From Gammaproteobacteria bacterium (GTDB lineage Bacteria; Pseudomonadota; Gammaproteobacteria; Eutrophobiales; Eutrophobiaceae), in the NCBI GenBank assembly GCA_965116495.1, contig OZ220696.1, positions 2,080,001 to 2,144,000 of the forward strand: 64,000 bases of DNA. The letters run 5' to 3'. The notes below the pieces were generated by a model. The model ran no database searches. It saw only the letters and a program-made list of their open reading frames with translations, and was not told where the DNA came from. Positions 1 to 8,923 of this stretch are shown here, in pieces (positions within the stretch are counted from its first letter, which is position 1; every line of letters starts with the position of its first letter). The position numbers and the translations under genes were made by a program.

Positions 1-2793
1 GGAAAACCTTTTGCCTTGGGCAAGATTCTTCCTTCTCCTGGTTCGCAATTCATCGTTCAGGATCTTCTTCAGCAGTTCGAGGGCAAGGTTCTTGCGTTTC
101 ATGCCCTGGATTTCCTGCAGGAAGTCATCGGAAAGAATAGAGATATCCGGCTTCTTGATGCCGGCGGCCTCAAATATATCGAGCACGCCTTCCACGACGA
201 CCGCCTTGTCAACAATCTGCCGTATGGCGGTTTCCACCTCGTCCAGGCTTTTGCCGCTGCCTTGCTGTTCAAATTTTTTCAGGCGCGCCTTCACGGCCTG
301 GAAAAAACCCACCTCGGCCTTGATCGCCATGGCCCTGGGGTCCGGCACGGACAACGCAAACGCTTTTTCCAGCAGGCCGACCTCCCTGGTAAATCGCTCC
401 TTGCCGTTTTCCAGACCAAGAACGTGCTCCTCAGCTTCCAGGATAAGGCCCAGCTTTACCTGTGTGTCGGCAGAAAAATAGGTCTTGTAGGCAAAACGAT
501 CAAACATGGCCGCGACGACGGCGTGTTTTTCCAGCATTTTTTCCACTGCCTGCTCCTGCTCAAAAGCCGGCGCGCCCCTGCCATTGCTTTGGGTATAGGA
601 AACCAGGGCTTGTTTCAAATCTGAGGCAATACCGATATAGTCCACAACCCTGCCACCGGGCTTGTCCTTGTACACCCGGTTGACCCGGGCGATGGCCTGC
701 ATCAGGCTGTGCCCGCGCATGATTTTGTCAAGGTACATCGTTGTCAGGCAGGGTGCGTCAAACCCGGTCAGCCACATGTCCCGCACGATGACGATCTGCA
801 ATGGGTCGTCGGGGTCCTGAAAACGTTCCCGTAGCGTCTTGCGCTCCGTTTTGCTGGTACTGTGCCGTTGCCACGTCGCGGGGTCGCTTGAAGATGAGGT
901 CATGATCACCTTCACCTGTCCCTTGCTTTTATCTTCATCGTGCCAATCGGGACGCAAGCCAACTATTTCATCGTACATGGCCACCGCGATCCGGCGGCTG
1001 GTGGCAACGATCATGGCCTTGCCGGCAAACGCCTCCTGCCTGGCATCAAAATGCTTGAGGATATCCGTTACGACCGATTTCACTCGTTCCTCATGCCCTA
1101 TAATCGCTTCCTGCTTGCTCCATTTTACCTTTGCCTTCTCCGTTGCCGTTGCTTCTTCGCTTTCGGTGATACCCTCAACCTCGGCGTCCAGTTCCGCTTT
1201 TTCCTCTTCCTCCAAATGCACTTGCACCAACCGGGATTCGTAATACACCGGCACAGTCGCGCCATCTTCGACGGCTTGTTCTATGTCGTAAACGTCGACG
1301 TAATTGCCGAAGACCGCCGGGGTCGATGCATCTTCCTTTTCAATGGGCGTGCCGGTAAAACCGATGAAAGTCGCTTCGGGGAGGGCATCCCGCAGATACT
1401 TGGCAAAACCATAATTGGTTTTCGCACCGTCCTTGACAAAGTGGGTCCGGGCGCCGAAACCGTACTGGCTGCGGTGCGCTTCATCTGCGATGACAATGAT
1501 GTTGTGTCGGTTGGACAGCAGTTGGAAGTTTTCACTGCCGTCTTCAGGCAGGAACTTCTGGATGGTTGAGAAGACGATACCCCCTCCCGCGGTCTGCAAG
1601 AGTTGTTTCAACTGCGCACGGCTTTCCGCCTGTTTGGGAACCTGCCTGAGCAGTTCCTTCCCCGCGATAAAAGCATCGAATAACTGATCGTCAAGGTCAT
1701 TACGATCGGTAATGACAACGATAGTCGGATTGTTCATCTCCCGGTGTACGACCAGCAGGCCGGCGTAAAATACCATGGACAAGGATTTGCCACTACCCTG
1801 CGTGTGCCAGACTACCCCCGCCTTGCGGTCTCCCCTGGGTTGGCCTTTGACTCCGGGCAGGTTGTATACCCCGGGATCTTCCTCGACGTTCTCTCCGGAT
1901 GAGGCCCTGATAGTGGATTTAACCGCTTCCTTCACCGCGTGATACTGGTGGTATGCCGCTACTTTCTTGATAGTTTCAATACTTATCTGGCCGCTGGCCG
2001 GGTCTTCCTGTTTCACTTTCTCAAAGACGGAAAAGTGGCGAACCAGCTCCAGTAACACGTCCGGTCGCAGCATACCTTTGATCAGCGTCAACAGTTGCGG
2101 CGTCGTGTTGGGATCTTCCTTTTTCCCATCCACGGTCTTCCACGCCATGAACCGGCTCCAGCCGGCAGTCACGGAACCGGCTTTTGCATCCAGGCCGTCT
2201 GAGGCAACCAGCACACCGTTGTAGCAAAACAGGCTGGAGATTGTCTCTTTGTACGTTTGCAATTGGTCAAACGCTTTCCTCGGAGTCGCATTCTCATCGG
2301 CCGGGTTCTTCAATTCGATGACGACCATGGGCAGGCCGTTCACAAACAGGATAATATCCGGGCGTTTTGTCACGCCTGTTCCATGACCGGAAAGAGGTTT
2401 GTTTTCCGTTACGGTAAACTGGTTGCAGACTACGAAATCATTATTAAGCGGGGTCTCAAAATCAATCAAACGCACTTTGACCCCGATTGTTTCACCGTCT
2501 TTCTGCCGGTCTTCCGTTACACCTTCCCTCAGCATCTCATGGAACAGTTCGTTGCTTGCAACGGGATTCTGACCGGCGAGGGCGAGCGCCCGCCTGCGTG
2601 CCTGCTCTCTGATCTCATTCGGGATGGCCGGATTCAGTTTGTCAATCGCTGCTTGCAGACGTGTGCCCAGGACAACGTCGGAGAAGTCGTGTCTTTCAAA
2701 CTCCTGTGCTTCCGGGGACAGGTATAACCAACCCTGGCGCTCCAGGAGTTCCACGGCTAACTGTTCAACGTCGGACTCGTAGAGGGAGGTCAT
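1..2793 (-). CDS. hsdR: Type I restriction endonuclease subunit R (3' end runs off the window)
   Basis: Not in the ORF track because it has no stop in the window. Manual translation from ATG at 2793 gives MTSLYESDVEQLAVELL. In-frame motifs: nuclease RPDIILFVNGLPMVVIELKNP, Walker A WHTQGSGKS (~1809), DEAHR (~1485), FTGTP, DMWLTGFD (~780). Confidence 0.93.
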   Translation of the reverse strand, partial: MTSLYESDVEQLAVELLERQGWLYLSPEAQEFERHDFSDVVLGTRLQAAIDKLNPAIPNEIREQARRRALALAGQNPVASNELFHEMLREGVTEDRQKDGETIGVKVRLIDFETPLNNDFVVCNQFTVTENKPLSGHGTGVTKRPDIILFVNGLPMVVIELKNPADENATPRKAFDQLQTYKETISSLFCYNGVLVASDGLDAKAGSVTAGWSRFMAWKTVDGKKEDPNTTPQLLTLIKGMLRPDVLLELVRHFSVFEKVKQEDPASGQISIETIKKVAAYHQYHAVKEAVKSTIRASSGENVEEDPGVYNLPGVKGQPRGDRKAGVVWHTQGSGKSLSMVFYAGLLVVHREMNNPTIVVITDRNDLDDQLFDAFIAGKELLRQVPKQAESRAQLKQLLQTAGGGIVFSTIQKFLPEDGSENFQLLSNRHNIIVIADEAHRSQYGFGARTHFVKDGAKTNYGFAKYLRDALPEATFIGFTGTPIEKEDASTPAVFGNYVDVYDIEQAVEDGATVPVYYESRLVQVHLEEEEKAELDAEVEGITESEEATATEKAKVKWSKQEAIIGHEERVKSVVTDILKHFDARQEAFAGKAMIVATSRRIAVAMYDEIVGLRPDWHDEDKSKGQVKVIMTSSSSDPATWQRHSTSKTERKTLRERFQDPDDPLQIVIVRDMWLTGFDAPCLTTMYLDKIMRGHSLMQAIARVNRVYKDKPGGRVVDYIGIASDLKQALVSYTQSNGRGAPAFEQEQAVEKMLEKHAVVAAMFDRFAYKTYFSADTQVKLGLILEAEEHVLGLENGKERFTREVGLLEKAFALSVPDPRAMAIKAEVGFFQAVKARLKKFEQQGSGKSLDEVETAIRQIVDKAVVVEGVLDIFEAAGIKKPDISILSDDFLQEIQGMKRKNLALELLKKILNDELRTRRRKNLAQGKRFS

Positions 2794-2822
2794 AGATCGT
2801 TAACTCTTGCTAATGCAGGTTT

Positions 2823-2847
2823 TGGGGACAGACACATTCTGTCCCCA
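2823..2847. repeat. GGGGACAGA-family palindrome between the ATPase gene and hsdR
   Basis: tggggacaga-cacat-tctgtcccca; same family as 21945, 25021 and 29755. Confidence 0.7.
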
Positions 2848-2885
2848 GCCTGAGTTACATTTTGTCGGGGTGCGCAGTACCCTGA

Positions 2886-4130
2886 TCACGAGGGTTTGGC
2901 CCAGAGAAATTGCAGCGGCAAAGCGTAGAGCTTGTCCCCGAAAGGCATAACCCTGTCGCCGGTGTACAGTAACACACCACCGGCAAACTTCTCACCCAAT
3001 GCTTCCTCGAGCTTGCGCAGCCCTTTGAAGTCGGAATTGACAACTGTGCCGGAAGCCTTCACTTCAACACCTGCCGCGGCGAGCGCGCTGCGTTGTATTA
3101 CAATATCCACTTCGACGCCATAGCGGTCGCGAAAGTGATGGAAAGTATGGCGCTGCTGATGCGCGCTGGCCTGCCGCTTCAGTTCCTGCAACACGAAGGT
3201 CTCGAGAATATGACCGAATAAAGGCCGATTCGCCGACAGCGATACCGCGTTCAGGTTCAACAACGCACAGATAATCCCCGTATCACAGAGATGTATCTTC
3301 GAGGTCTTTACCAGCCGTTTCAAGTGGTTATTATGCCAGGGTGGAATTCTTTCCAGCAAAAACATTTTTTCCAGGAGCGTGAGGTACTTCCCTATTGTCA
3401 ACCTGTTGAGTTGAAAGGAAGAGGCCAGACCATTCACGTTTAACAGTTGCGCGGTTTGCGCCGCCGCCAGTTGCAGCAACCGCGGCAGGGTTTCAAGAGA
3501 TTGAATTTCCATAATTATTGACGCATCGCGCTCAATCAGGGCTTCGATATAGGTCTGGTACCAGTTGGCTCGTCTGGTCGGGGTACGCTGCAAGGCAGCC
3601 GGGTAGCCTCCCGCCACCACGCGCCTGATCACCTGCTCGTCAAACGGCGGTTCCTCACGTATGAAGGAATCCGAGGCAAACAGGAAATCCAGAAATCGGG
3701 GCGCAGTCCGTTCAAGTTCATTCTGTGAGAAAGGATGCAATCTTACTATGTCCATACGACCGGCCAGCGATTCTTTTGTGCGGGTCATTTGCAACAGGTT
3801 CACCGAACCGGTCAGTATGAAACGGCCCGCGGTGCGGTCGTTATCAATGGCCAGTTTGATAGATGGAAACAGTCCGGGCACCAACTGCGCTTCATCCAGG
3901 ATCGTCCGGTCCGGCAAAGATTTTACAAAACCGAGCGGGTCTTCTGTGGCGTAACTGCGCGTGCCATCATCGTCAAAAGTCGAGTATTGGTAACCCTCGG
4001 ACTCCCCTATTGTCTGAGCAAGCGTCGTCTTGCCGCATTGGCGCGGTCCCTGTATCAGAACAGCAGGAGAATCAGCCAGCGCCTCCATCAGGCGCGGTTC
4101 AATATGACGTTGGTAATGATTGTTGTTCAT
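2886..4130 (-). CDS. AAA+ ATPase (AAA_14-type) with C-terminal DUF4143 / PD-(D/E)XK-like domain
   Basis: 414 aa. Walker A GPRQCGKTT, Walker B ILDEAQ, ILTGS, ESLAGR, GGYP, a central helix-turn-helix-like region, and C-terminal ETFV...EVDIV...GVEVKAS. Confidence 0.88.
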   Translation of the reverse strand: MNNNHYQRHIEPRLMEALADSPAVLIQGPRQCGKTTLAQTIGESEGYQYSTFDDDGTRSYATEDPLGFVKSLPDRTILDEAQLVPGLFPSIKLAIDNDRTAGRFILTGSVNLLQMTRTKESLAGRMDIVRLHPFSQNELERTAPRFLDFLFASDSFIREEPPFDEQVIRRVVAGGYPAALQRTPTRRANWYQTYIEALIERDASIIMEIQSLETLPRLLQLAAAQTAQLLNVNGLASSFQLNRLTIGKYLTLLEKMFLLERIPPWHNNHLKRLVKTSKIHLCDTGIICALLNLNAVSLSANRPLFGHILETFVLQELKRQASAHQQRHTFHHFRDRYGVEVDIVIQRSALAAAGVEVKASGTVVNSDFKGLRKLEEALGEKFAGGVLLYTGDRVMPFGDKLYALPLQFLWAKPS

Positions 4131-4156
4131 AGGGTAAAGTTATTAATCTGTTATGC

Positions 4157-4329
4157 GGCTGATTATCAGTCAACCCCATGGCTGATTGTTACTCTACCTC
4201 ACGGCTGATTGTTAGTAAACCCTATGGCTGATTGTTACTCTACCTGCGGCTAATTGTTACTGCACCCTACGGTTGATTGTCAGTTATAACTGCGACTGAT
4301 TGAAAACTTTACAGGAAAGCTGATTGTGG
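4157..4329. repeat. Tandem array of ~8 units of 22-24 bp, each a conserved GGCTGATTGT box plus a 12-14 nt variable part
   Basis: Unit starts at 4157, 4180, 4203, 4226, 4248, 4271, 4294 and 4318, read directly from the sequence. Confidence 0.92.
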
Positions 4330-4377
4330 CGGGTATTGTGATATAATGCCGCCTCTGTTTCAGGAAGCACCGGATCA

Positions 4378-4704
4378 ATGACTGACTTCTTCATTAACGA
4401 CGCGTGGGCCCAGGGCGCTGGGCAGGGGGGCGGTGGCTCTTTCCTGTTCATGATGGTCCTGTTTTTTGTCATATTTTATTTCTTTTTAATCCGGCCGCAG
4501 ATGAAGCAGGCCAAGGAACACAAGGCACTGGTCGGCGGTCTGGCCAAAGGGGATGAAGTCGTGACCAACGGCGGTGTGCTGGGAAAGATCAACCAGGTGG
4601 GGGATAATTTCATAGTACTGGAAATTGCGAAGGAGACGGAGATCAAAGTGCAGAAATCGGCCGTTTCCGCGGTACTGCCCAAGGGAACGCTGAAAACACT
4701 CTGA
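4378..4704 (+). CDS. yajC: Preprotein translocase subunit YajC
   Basis: FYFFLIRPQMKQAKEH...LAKGDEVVTNGG; directly upstream of secD. Confidence 0.96.
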   Translation: MTDFFINDAWAQGAGQGGGGSFLFMMVLFFVIFYFFLIRPQMKQAKEHKALVGGLAKGDEVVTNGGVLGKINQVGDNFIVLEIAKETEIKVQKSAVSAVLPKGTLKTL

Positions 4705-4752
4705 CCAGGCGTCTTGTTACAGTATTTCAACCGCCTGTGGACTGCCACTTCA

Positions 4753-4786
4753 AATTCCTAATTCCTAATTCTTAATTCCTAATTCC
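4753..4786. repeat. Heptamer tandem repeat (AATTCCT/AATTCTT) x5
   Basis: aattcct aattcct aattctt aattcct aattcc; same unit as 28360-28497. Confidence 0.85.
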
Positions 4787-4798
4787 AGTTCGCTGTCT

Positions 4799-6658
4799 AT
4801 GAACCGTTATTCTCTCTGGAAATACCTGTTTATCAGCGCCATTATTGCGGTCGGTTGCCTGTACGCGTTACCCAATCTTTACGGCAAGGACCCGGCCCTG
4901 CAGGTCTCTGCAGCGCGGGGAGCCGAGATCAGCGAGTTGACCCGGTATTCCGTTGAAGATGCCCTCGACAAGGCGGGCATAAAATACGGCGCGATAAGCC
5001 TGGGTGCAGGGAACCTTGTGGTCAGGTTCCAGGATGAAGGAACCCAGCTCAAGGCCCAGGACATAGTGAAGGAAGCGCTGGGCCGTTCCTATACCGTGGC
5101 CCTGAACCTGGCGCCGGCAACGCCGGGCTGGTTGCAGACGTTCGGCGCCGAACCCATGTTCCTTGGCCTGGACCTGCGCGGCGGCGTACATTTCCTGATG
5201 CAAGTTGACATGGAGGCAGCGGTTGCCAAGGCGGAGGAACGTTACGTCTCGGACATCAGGACGCAACTGCGGGATAACCGGATCCGCTATAAAACCATAA
5301 CCCGGCGCAGGGATGGCGGATTATTGATCAGGTTCCGCGGCGCCGACCAGCTCTCGCAGGGCATCACCGAGATAGAGGATAATTTTCCCGACCTGGAACT
5401 TGAACAAACCCAGGCGGACGGCGACGAATTTCCCCTGACAGCAAGGTTGAGTGAGAGTGCCGTGACAGAGACCCGGCGCCTGGCCCTGCAACAGAACATC
5501 ACCACCTTGCGCAAACGGGTCAACGAACTGGGCGTGGCCGAACCGGTCATCCAGCAACAGGGGCTGGAGCGGGTGGTCGTGCAACTTCCGGGTGTACAGG
5601 ATACCGCCAGGGCAAAAACCATCCTGGGCGCTACCGCAACCCTGGAATTCCGCATGTCCGACGAGGAACATGCCGTACAGGATGCCCTGGACGGCCGGGT
5701 ACCGGCCGGTTCACGGCTCTATTATGAACGCGGCGGCAACCCGGTCCTGTTGAAGAAACAGGTTATGCTGACCGGCGACTATATCATCGACGCCGCGGCC
5801 GGTTTCGATTCCGTCTCCGGCAGCCCCAACGTCTCCATCACCCTGGACGGCAAGGGCGCAAAGCGGTTCAGTGATGCCACCGCCGAGGAAGTCGGCCGGA
5901 ATATGGCCGTTGTGTTTATCGAGAACAAGACGGAGACTGTCGAAAGAGACGGTGAAAGGGTGAAACGCAAGGAAACCATAGAAGAAGTGATCAACGTGGC
6001 TACAATCCGCGAGCAACTGGGTAAGCGCTTTCAAATCACCGGTCTTGATTCCACCGAGGAATCCCGCAACCTGGCCCTGCTGCTCCGGGCCGGCGCCCTG
6101 GCGGCGCCCATCGAGATCATTGAAGAACGTACCGTAGGTCCCAGTCTCGGCCAGGACAATATCGACAAGGGCTTCATGTCGGTCAAGATCGGATTTATCC
6201 TGGTGCTGATTTTCATGGCTTTCTGGTACAAGGCCTTCGGCCTGGCTGCCGACGTGGCCCTGGCGCTGAACCTGGTGTTGATCGTCGCCCTGCTGTCGAT
6301 GCTGCAGGCAACCCTGACCCTGCCGGGTATCGCCGGCATTGTACTGACCGTGGGCATGGCGGTGGACGCCAACGTGCTCATCTTCCAGCGTATCCGCGAG
6401 GAGATCAGGAACGGCAATTCACCCCAGGCCAGTATCCATGCCGGTTATGAAAAGGCGTTTAAGACCATTGCCGATGCCAATATCACAACCTTGTTTGCCG
6501 CCATCGTACTGTTCAGTTTCGGCACCGGGCCGATCAAGGGGTTTGCGGTAACCCTGTCCCTGGGGATAGTCTGCTCCATGTTTACCGCGATCATGGTAAC
6601 CCGGGGCATCGTAAACCTGGTATACGGCGGCAAGAAGCTACGGCGGCTCGTTATCTGA
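4799..6658 (+). CDS. secD: Protein translocase subunit SecD
   Basis: LGLDLRGGVHF, RVNELGVAEP, GPSLGQDNI, GMAVDANVLI. Confidence 0.97.
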   Translation: MNRYSLWKYLFISAIIAVGCLYALPNLYGKDPALQVSAARGAEISELTRYSVEDALDKAGIKYGAISLGAGNLVVRFQDEGTQLKAQDIVKEALGRSYTVALNLAPATPGWLQTFGAEPMFLGLDLRGGVHFLMQVDMEAAVAKAEERYVSDIRTQLRDNRIRYKTITRRRDGGLLIRFRGADQLSQGITEIEDNFPDLELEQTQADGDEFPLTARLSESAVTETRRLALQQNITTLRKRVNELGVAEPVIQQQGLERVVVQLPGVQDTARAKTILGATATLEFRMSDEEHAVQDALDGRVPAGSRLYYERGGNPVLLKKQVMLTGDYIIDAAAGFDSVSGSPNVSITLDGKGAKRFSDATAEEVGRNMAVVFIENKTETVERDGERVKRKETIEEVINVATIREQLGKRFQITGLDSTEESRNLALLLRAGALAAPIEIIEERTVGPSLGQDNIDKGFMSVKIGFILVLIFMAFWYKAFGLAADVALALNLVLIVALLSMLQATLTLPGIAGIVLTVGMAVDANVLIFQRIREEIRNGNSPQASIHAGYEKAFKTIADANITTLFAAIVLFSFGTGPIKGFAVTLSLGIVCSMFTAIMVTRGIVNLVYGGKKLRRLVI

Positions 6659-6680
6659 CTGACTGTCCCGGTACTGTCCC

Positions 6681-7595
6681 ATGCAAAACTCGACGCAAAG
6701 ATTCAATTTCGACTTTATGGGTAAACGCAAAACTGCGGTTATCTTCTCGGCCCTGCTCCTGAGTGTTTCCCTTGTCTCCCTGTTCACCCAGAAACTCAAT
6801 TTCGGCATCGATTTTACCGGCGGCACCCTGGTTGAAGCCGGTTACCAGGAAACCGTTGAACTTGACCAGGTCAGGAATGTACTGTCCGCCACCGAGTTCA
6901 GCGATGCGGTCGTCCAGTATTTCGGTTCCGCCAGGGACATACTGATACGGGTTGCCCAGGTACAGGGCAGGAACAGCGCGGATATCAGCAACGAGATTAT
7001 CAAGGTCCTGGAACAGTCCGGCCAATCCGTCGAGATCCGCCGGGTGGAATTCGTCGGTCCCCAGGTAGGTGAAGACCTGCAGGAAGACGGCGGGCTGGCG
7101 ATGATCTATGCGCTGATCATGATATTTATTTATATCGCATTCCGCTTCCAGCGCCTGTTCTCCGTCGGCGCCATCGCCGCGCTGGTGCACGATGTCACCA
7201 TCACCATCGGTTTCTTTTCCGTTCTGCAACTGGATTTTGATTTAACCGTCCTGGCTGCGCTGCTGGCGGTTATCGGCTATTCACTCAACGACACCATCGT
7301 CGTGTTTGACCGGATCCGGGAAAATTTCCGCCGCATGCGCAAGGTATCACCGGTCGAGGTGGTCAATGCGTCATTGAACCAGACCCTGAGCCGTACCCTG
7401 ATGACGTCCCTGACAACCCTGCTGGTATTAACCGCCCTGTTCTTCCTGGGGGGCGAGATCATCCGGCCGTTCTCCGCCGCATTGATTGTCGGGGTCATCA
7501 TAGGGACTTATTCTTCCATCTACGTTGCCAGCCCGGTCACCCTGGCGCTGGGAATCAGCAAACAGGACTTGATGCCGGTCGAGAAAGAAGAGTAA
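6681..7595 (+). CDS. secF: Protein translocase subunit SecF
   Basis: GIDFTGG, VGPQVG, IGYSLNDTIVVFDRIRE. Confidence 0.97.
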   Translation: MQNSTQRFNFDFMGKRKTAVIFSALLLSVSLVSLFTQKLNFGIDFTGGTLVEAGYQETVELDQVRNVLSATEFSDAVVQYFGSARDILIRVAQVQGRNSADISNEIIKVLEQSGQSVEIRRVEFVGPQVGEDLQEDGGLAMIYALIMIFIYIAFRFQRLFSVGAIAALVHDVTITIGFFSVLQLDFDLTVLAALLAVIGYSLNDTIVVFDRIRENFRRMRKVSPVEVVNASLNQTLSRTLMTSLTTLLVLTALFFLGGEIIRPFSAALIVGVIIGTYSSIYVASPVTLALGISKQDLMPVEKEE

Positions 7596-7600
7596 CAGAA

Positions 7601-7637
7601 TGTAACAGGGGACGGAATTAACCTGCCCGCTGTTACA
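7601..7637 (+). terminator. Imperfect hairpin after secF (degenerate GGGGAC element or terminator)
   Basis: tgtaacaggggacgg...cctgcccgctgttaca inverted repeat; no clear U-tract. Confidence 0.35.
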
Positions 7638-7644
7638 GCTTGCC

Positions 7645-8868
7645 ATGAAGATAGTCGCTGACAAGGCAATCCCTTACGCCAGGCAGTTTTTTTCAACCGT
7701 TGGCGATGTTACTTTGCTTCACTGCAGCGACATCACTCCCGCATCTGTCAGGGATGCGGATTGCCTGGTCGTCAGGTCCGTTACCCGGGTAGACCGCAAC
7801 TTGCTCAGCGATACACGGATTAAATGCGTTGCCAGCGCCTCGAGTGGAATCGACCACGTGGACCTCGACTGCCTGAACGCCCGGGCTATTCCCTTGTTTG
7901 ATGCAAAAGGCTGTAACGCGAACGCAGTTGCCGAATACGTATTGAGCTGCCTGTTCGTGTTGTCGGAACAATACGGCCTGGAACCGGAAGGCAAAACGGT
8001 TGGTATTATCGGTTGCGGTCATGTGGGGGGGCGGCTTCGATACCTGTTGCAGGTCGTCGGAATTGAGACACGGGTTTACGATCCGTTTATCAGGGACGAG
8101 AACGATCGTTTCATATTCCGGGACCTTGATAGCGTATTATCATCGGACATTATTACCCTGCATGTCCCGATGACGATAACGGGCGAGTATCCTACCGCGC
8201 AAATGGTAGACCGGAGTTTTCTGGACAGGTTGAAGCAGGACGTCATATTAATCAACACCGCCAGGGGCGGTATTGTAGATGAGCAGGACCTGATCGATTT
8301 CGCCAGGCGCAATCGGGACAGCCACCTGGTGCTGGACGTATGGAAAAATGAACCTTGCATCAATGATGAGTTATTCGCATTGGCGTCGTTGGCTACTCCC
8401 CATATCGCCGGTTACAGCGCCCAGGCAAGAATGAATGCGACGCGCCTGGTGTATGAGCAGGTTTGCAGATGGTTCGGTGTGAGCGCAACGGCAGATGCCG
8501 TGACAAATCGTCAGGACAGACGATTTGCACGGCCACAGGCCGCCGTAAGGTTGCGCCCAGGGATGGACACAGTGACACTGGCGGATGAAAACGCGGAATT
8601 AAACCTGTCCGGGTTCGACAAGACACTGGATGCCATCGGAGCCGCGGTGCTTGCCTGTTATGACGTGCGCAGTGATTGCGCGGCACTGCAGGGGCTGGCA
8701 GAGATAGAGCCGCATGAACGGGGCGCTTTTTTTGATTCACTGAGAACAGATTATCCGTCCAGGCGGGAATTTCCGGCGTTACGGGTAGCCTTGTCGGATA
8801 ATCAAGGCCTGATCGGTGAGAAACTTTCAGCACTGGAATTCAGCATAAAAACCACGCCAGGGCAATAG
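7645..8868 (+). CDS. pdxB: 4-phosphoerythronate dehydrogenase (contains a 24-aa repeat-derived insertion)
   Basis: MKIVAD, LVVRSVTRV, GIDHVD, GIIGCGHVG, LINTARG, LDVW, TPHIAGYS. Confidence 0.92.
   Translation: MKIVADKAIPYARQFFSTVGDVTLLHCSDITPASVRDADCLVVRSVTRVDRNLLSDTRIKCVASASSGIDHVDLDCLNARAIPLFDAKGCNANAVAEYVLSCLFVLSEQYGLEPEGKTVGIIGCGHVGGRLRYLLQVVGIETRVYDPFIRDENDRFIFRDLDSVLSSDIITLHVPMTITGEYPTAQMVDRSFLDRLKQDVILINTARGGIVDEQDLIDFARRNRDSHLVLDVWKNEPCINDELFALASLATPHIAGYSAQARMNATRLVYEQVCRWFGVSATADAVTNRQDRRFARPQAAVRLRPGMDTVTLADENAELNLSGFDKTLDAIGAAVLACYDVRSDCAALQGLAEIEPHERGAFFDSLRTDYPSRREFPALRVALSDNQGLIGEKLSALEFSIKTTPGQ
8500..8577 (+). mobile_element. 72-bp palindromic element inserted in-frame in pdxB with a GTGACA duplication
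   Basis: Homologous to the intergenic copies at 38196-38350 and 57574-57647. GTGACA occurs at 8500 and 8572, 72 bp apart. Confidence 0.8.
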
Positions 8869-8923
8869 AGACAATGGGACCCATCAGCCGGAATAATTCA
8901 CTTCGAATACGAAGTTCGCATCA

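Noticed and set aside
11-2727. Plus-strand ORFs (16..624, 940..1569, 2257..2727 and others)
   Set aside because: Antisense shadows of the hsdR reading frame.
4157-4329. CRISPR array interpretation of the 23-bp repeats
   Set aside because: The conserved part is only ~10 nt, the variable parts are 12-14 nt and similar to each other, there is no repeat palindrome, and no cas genes are present in the window.
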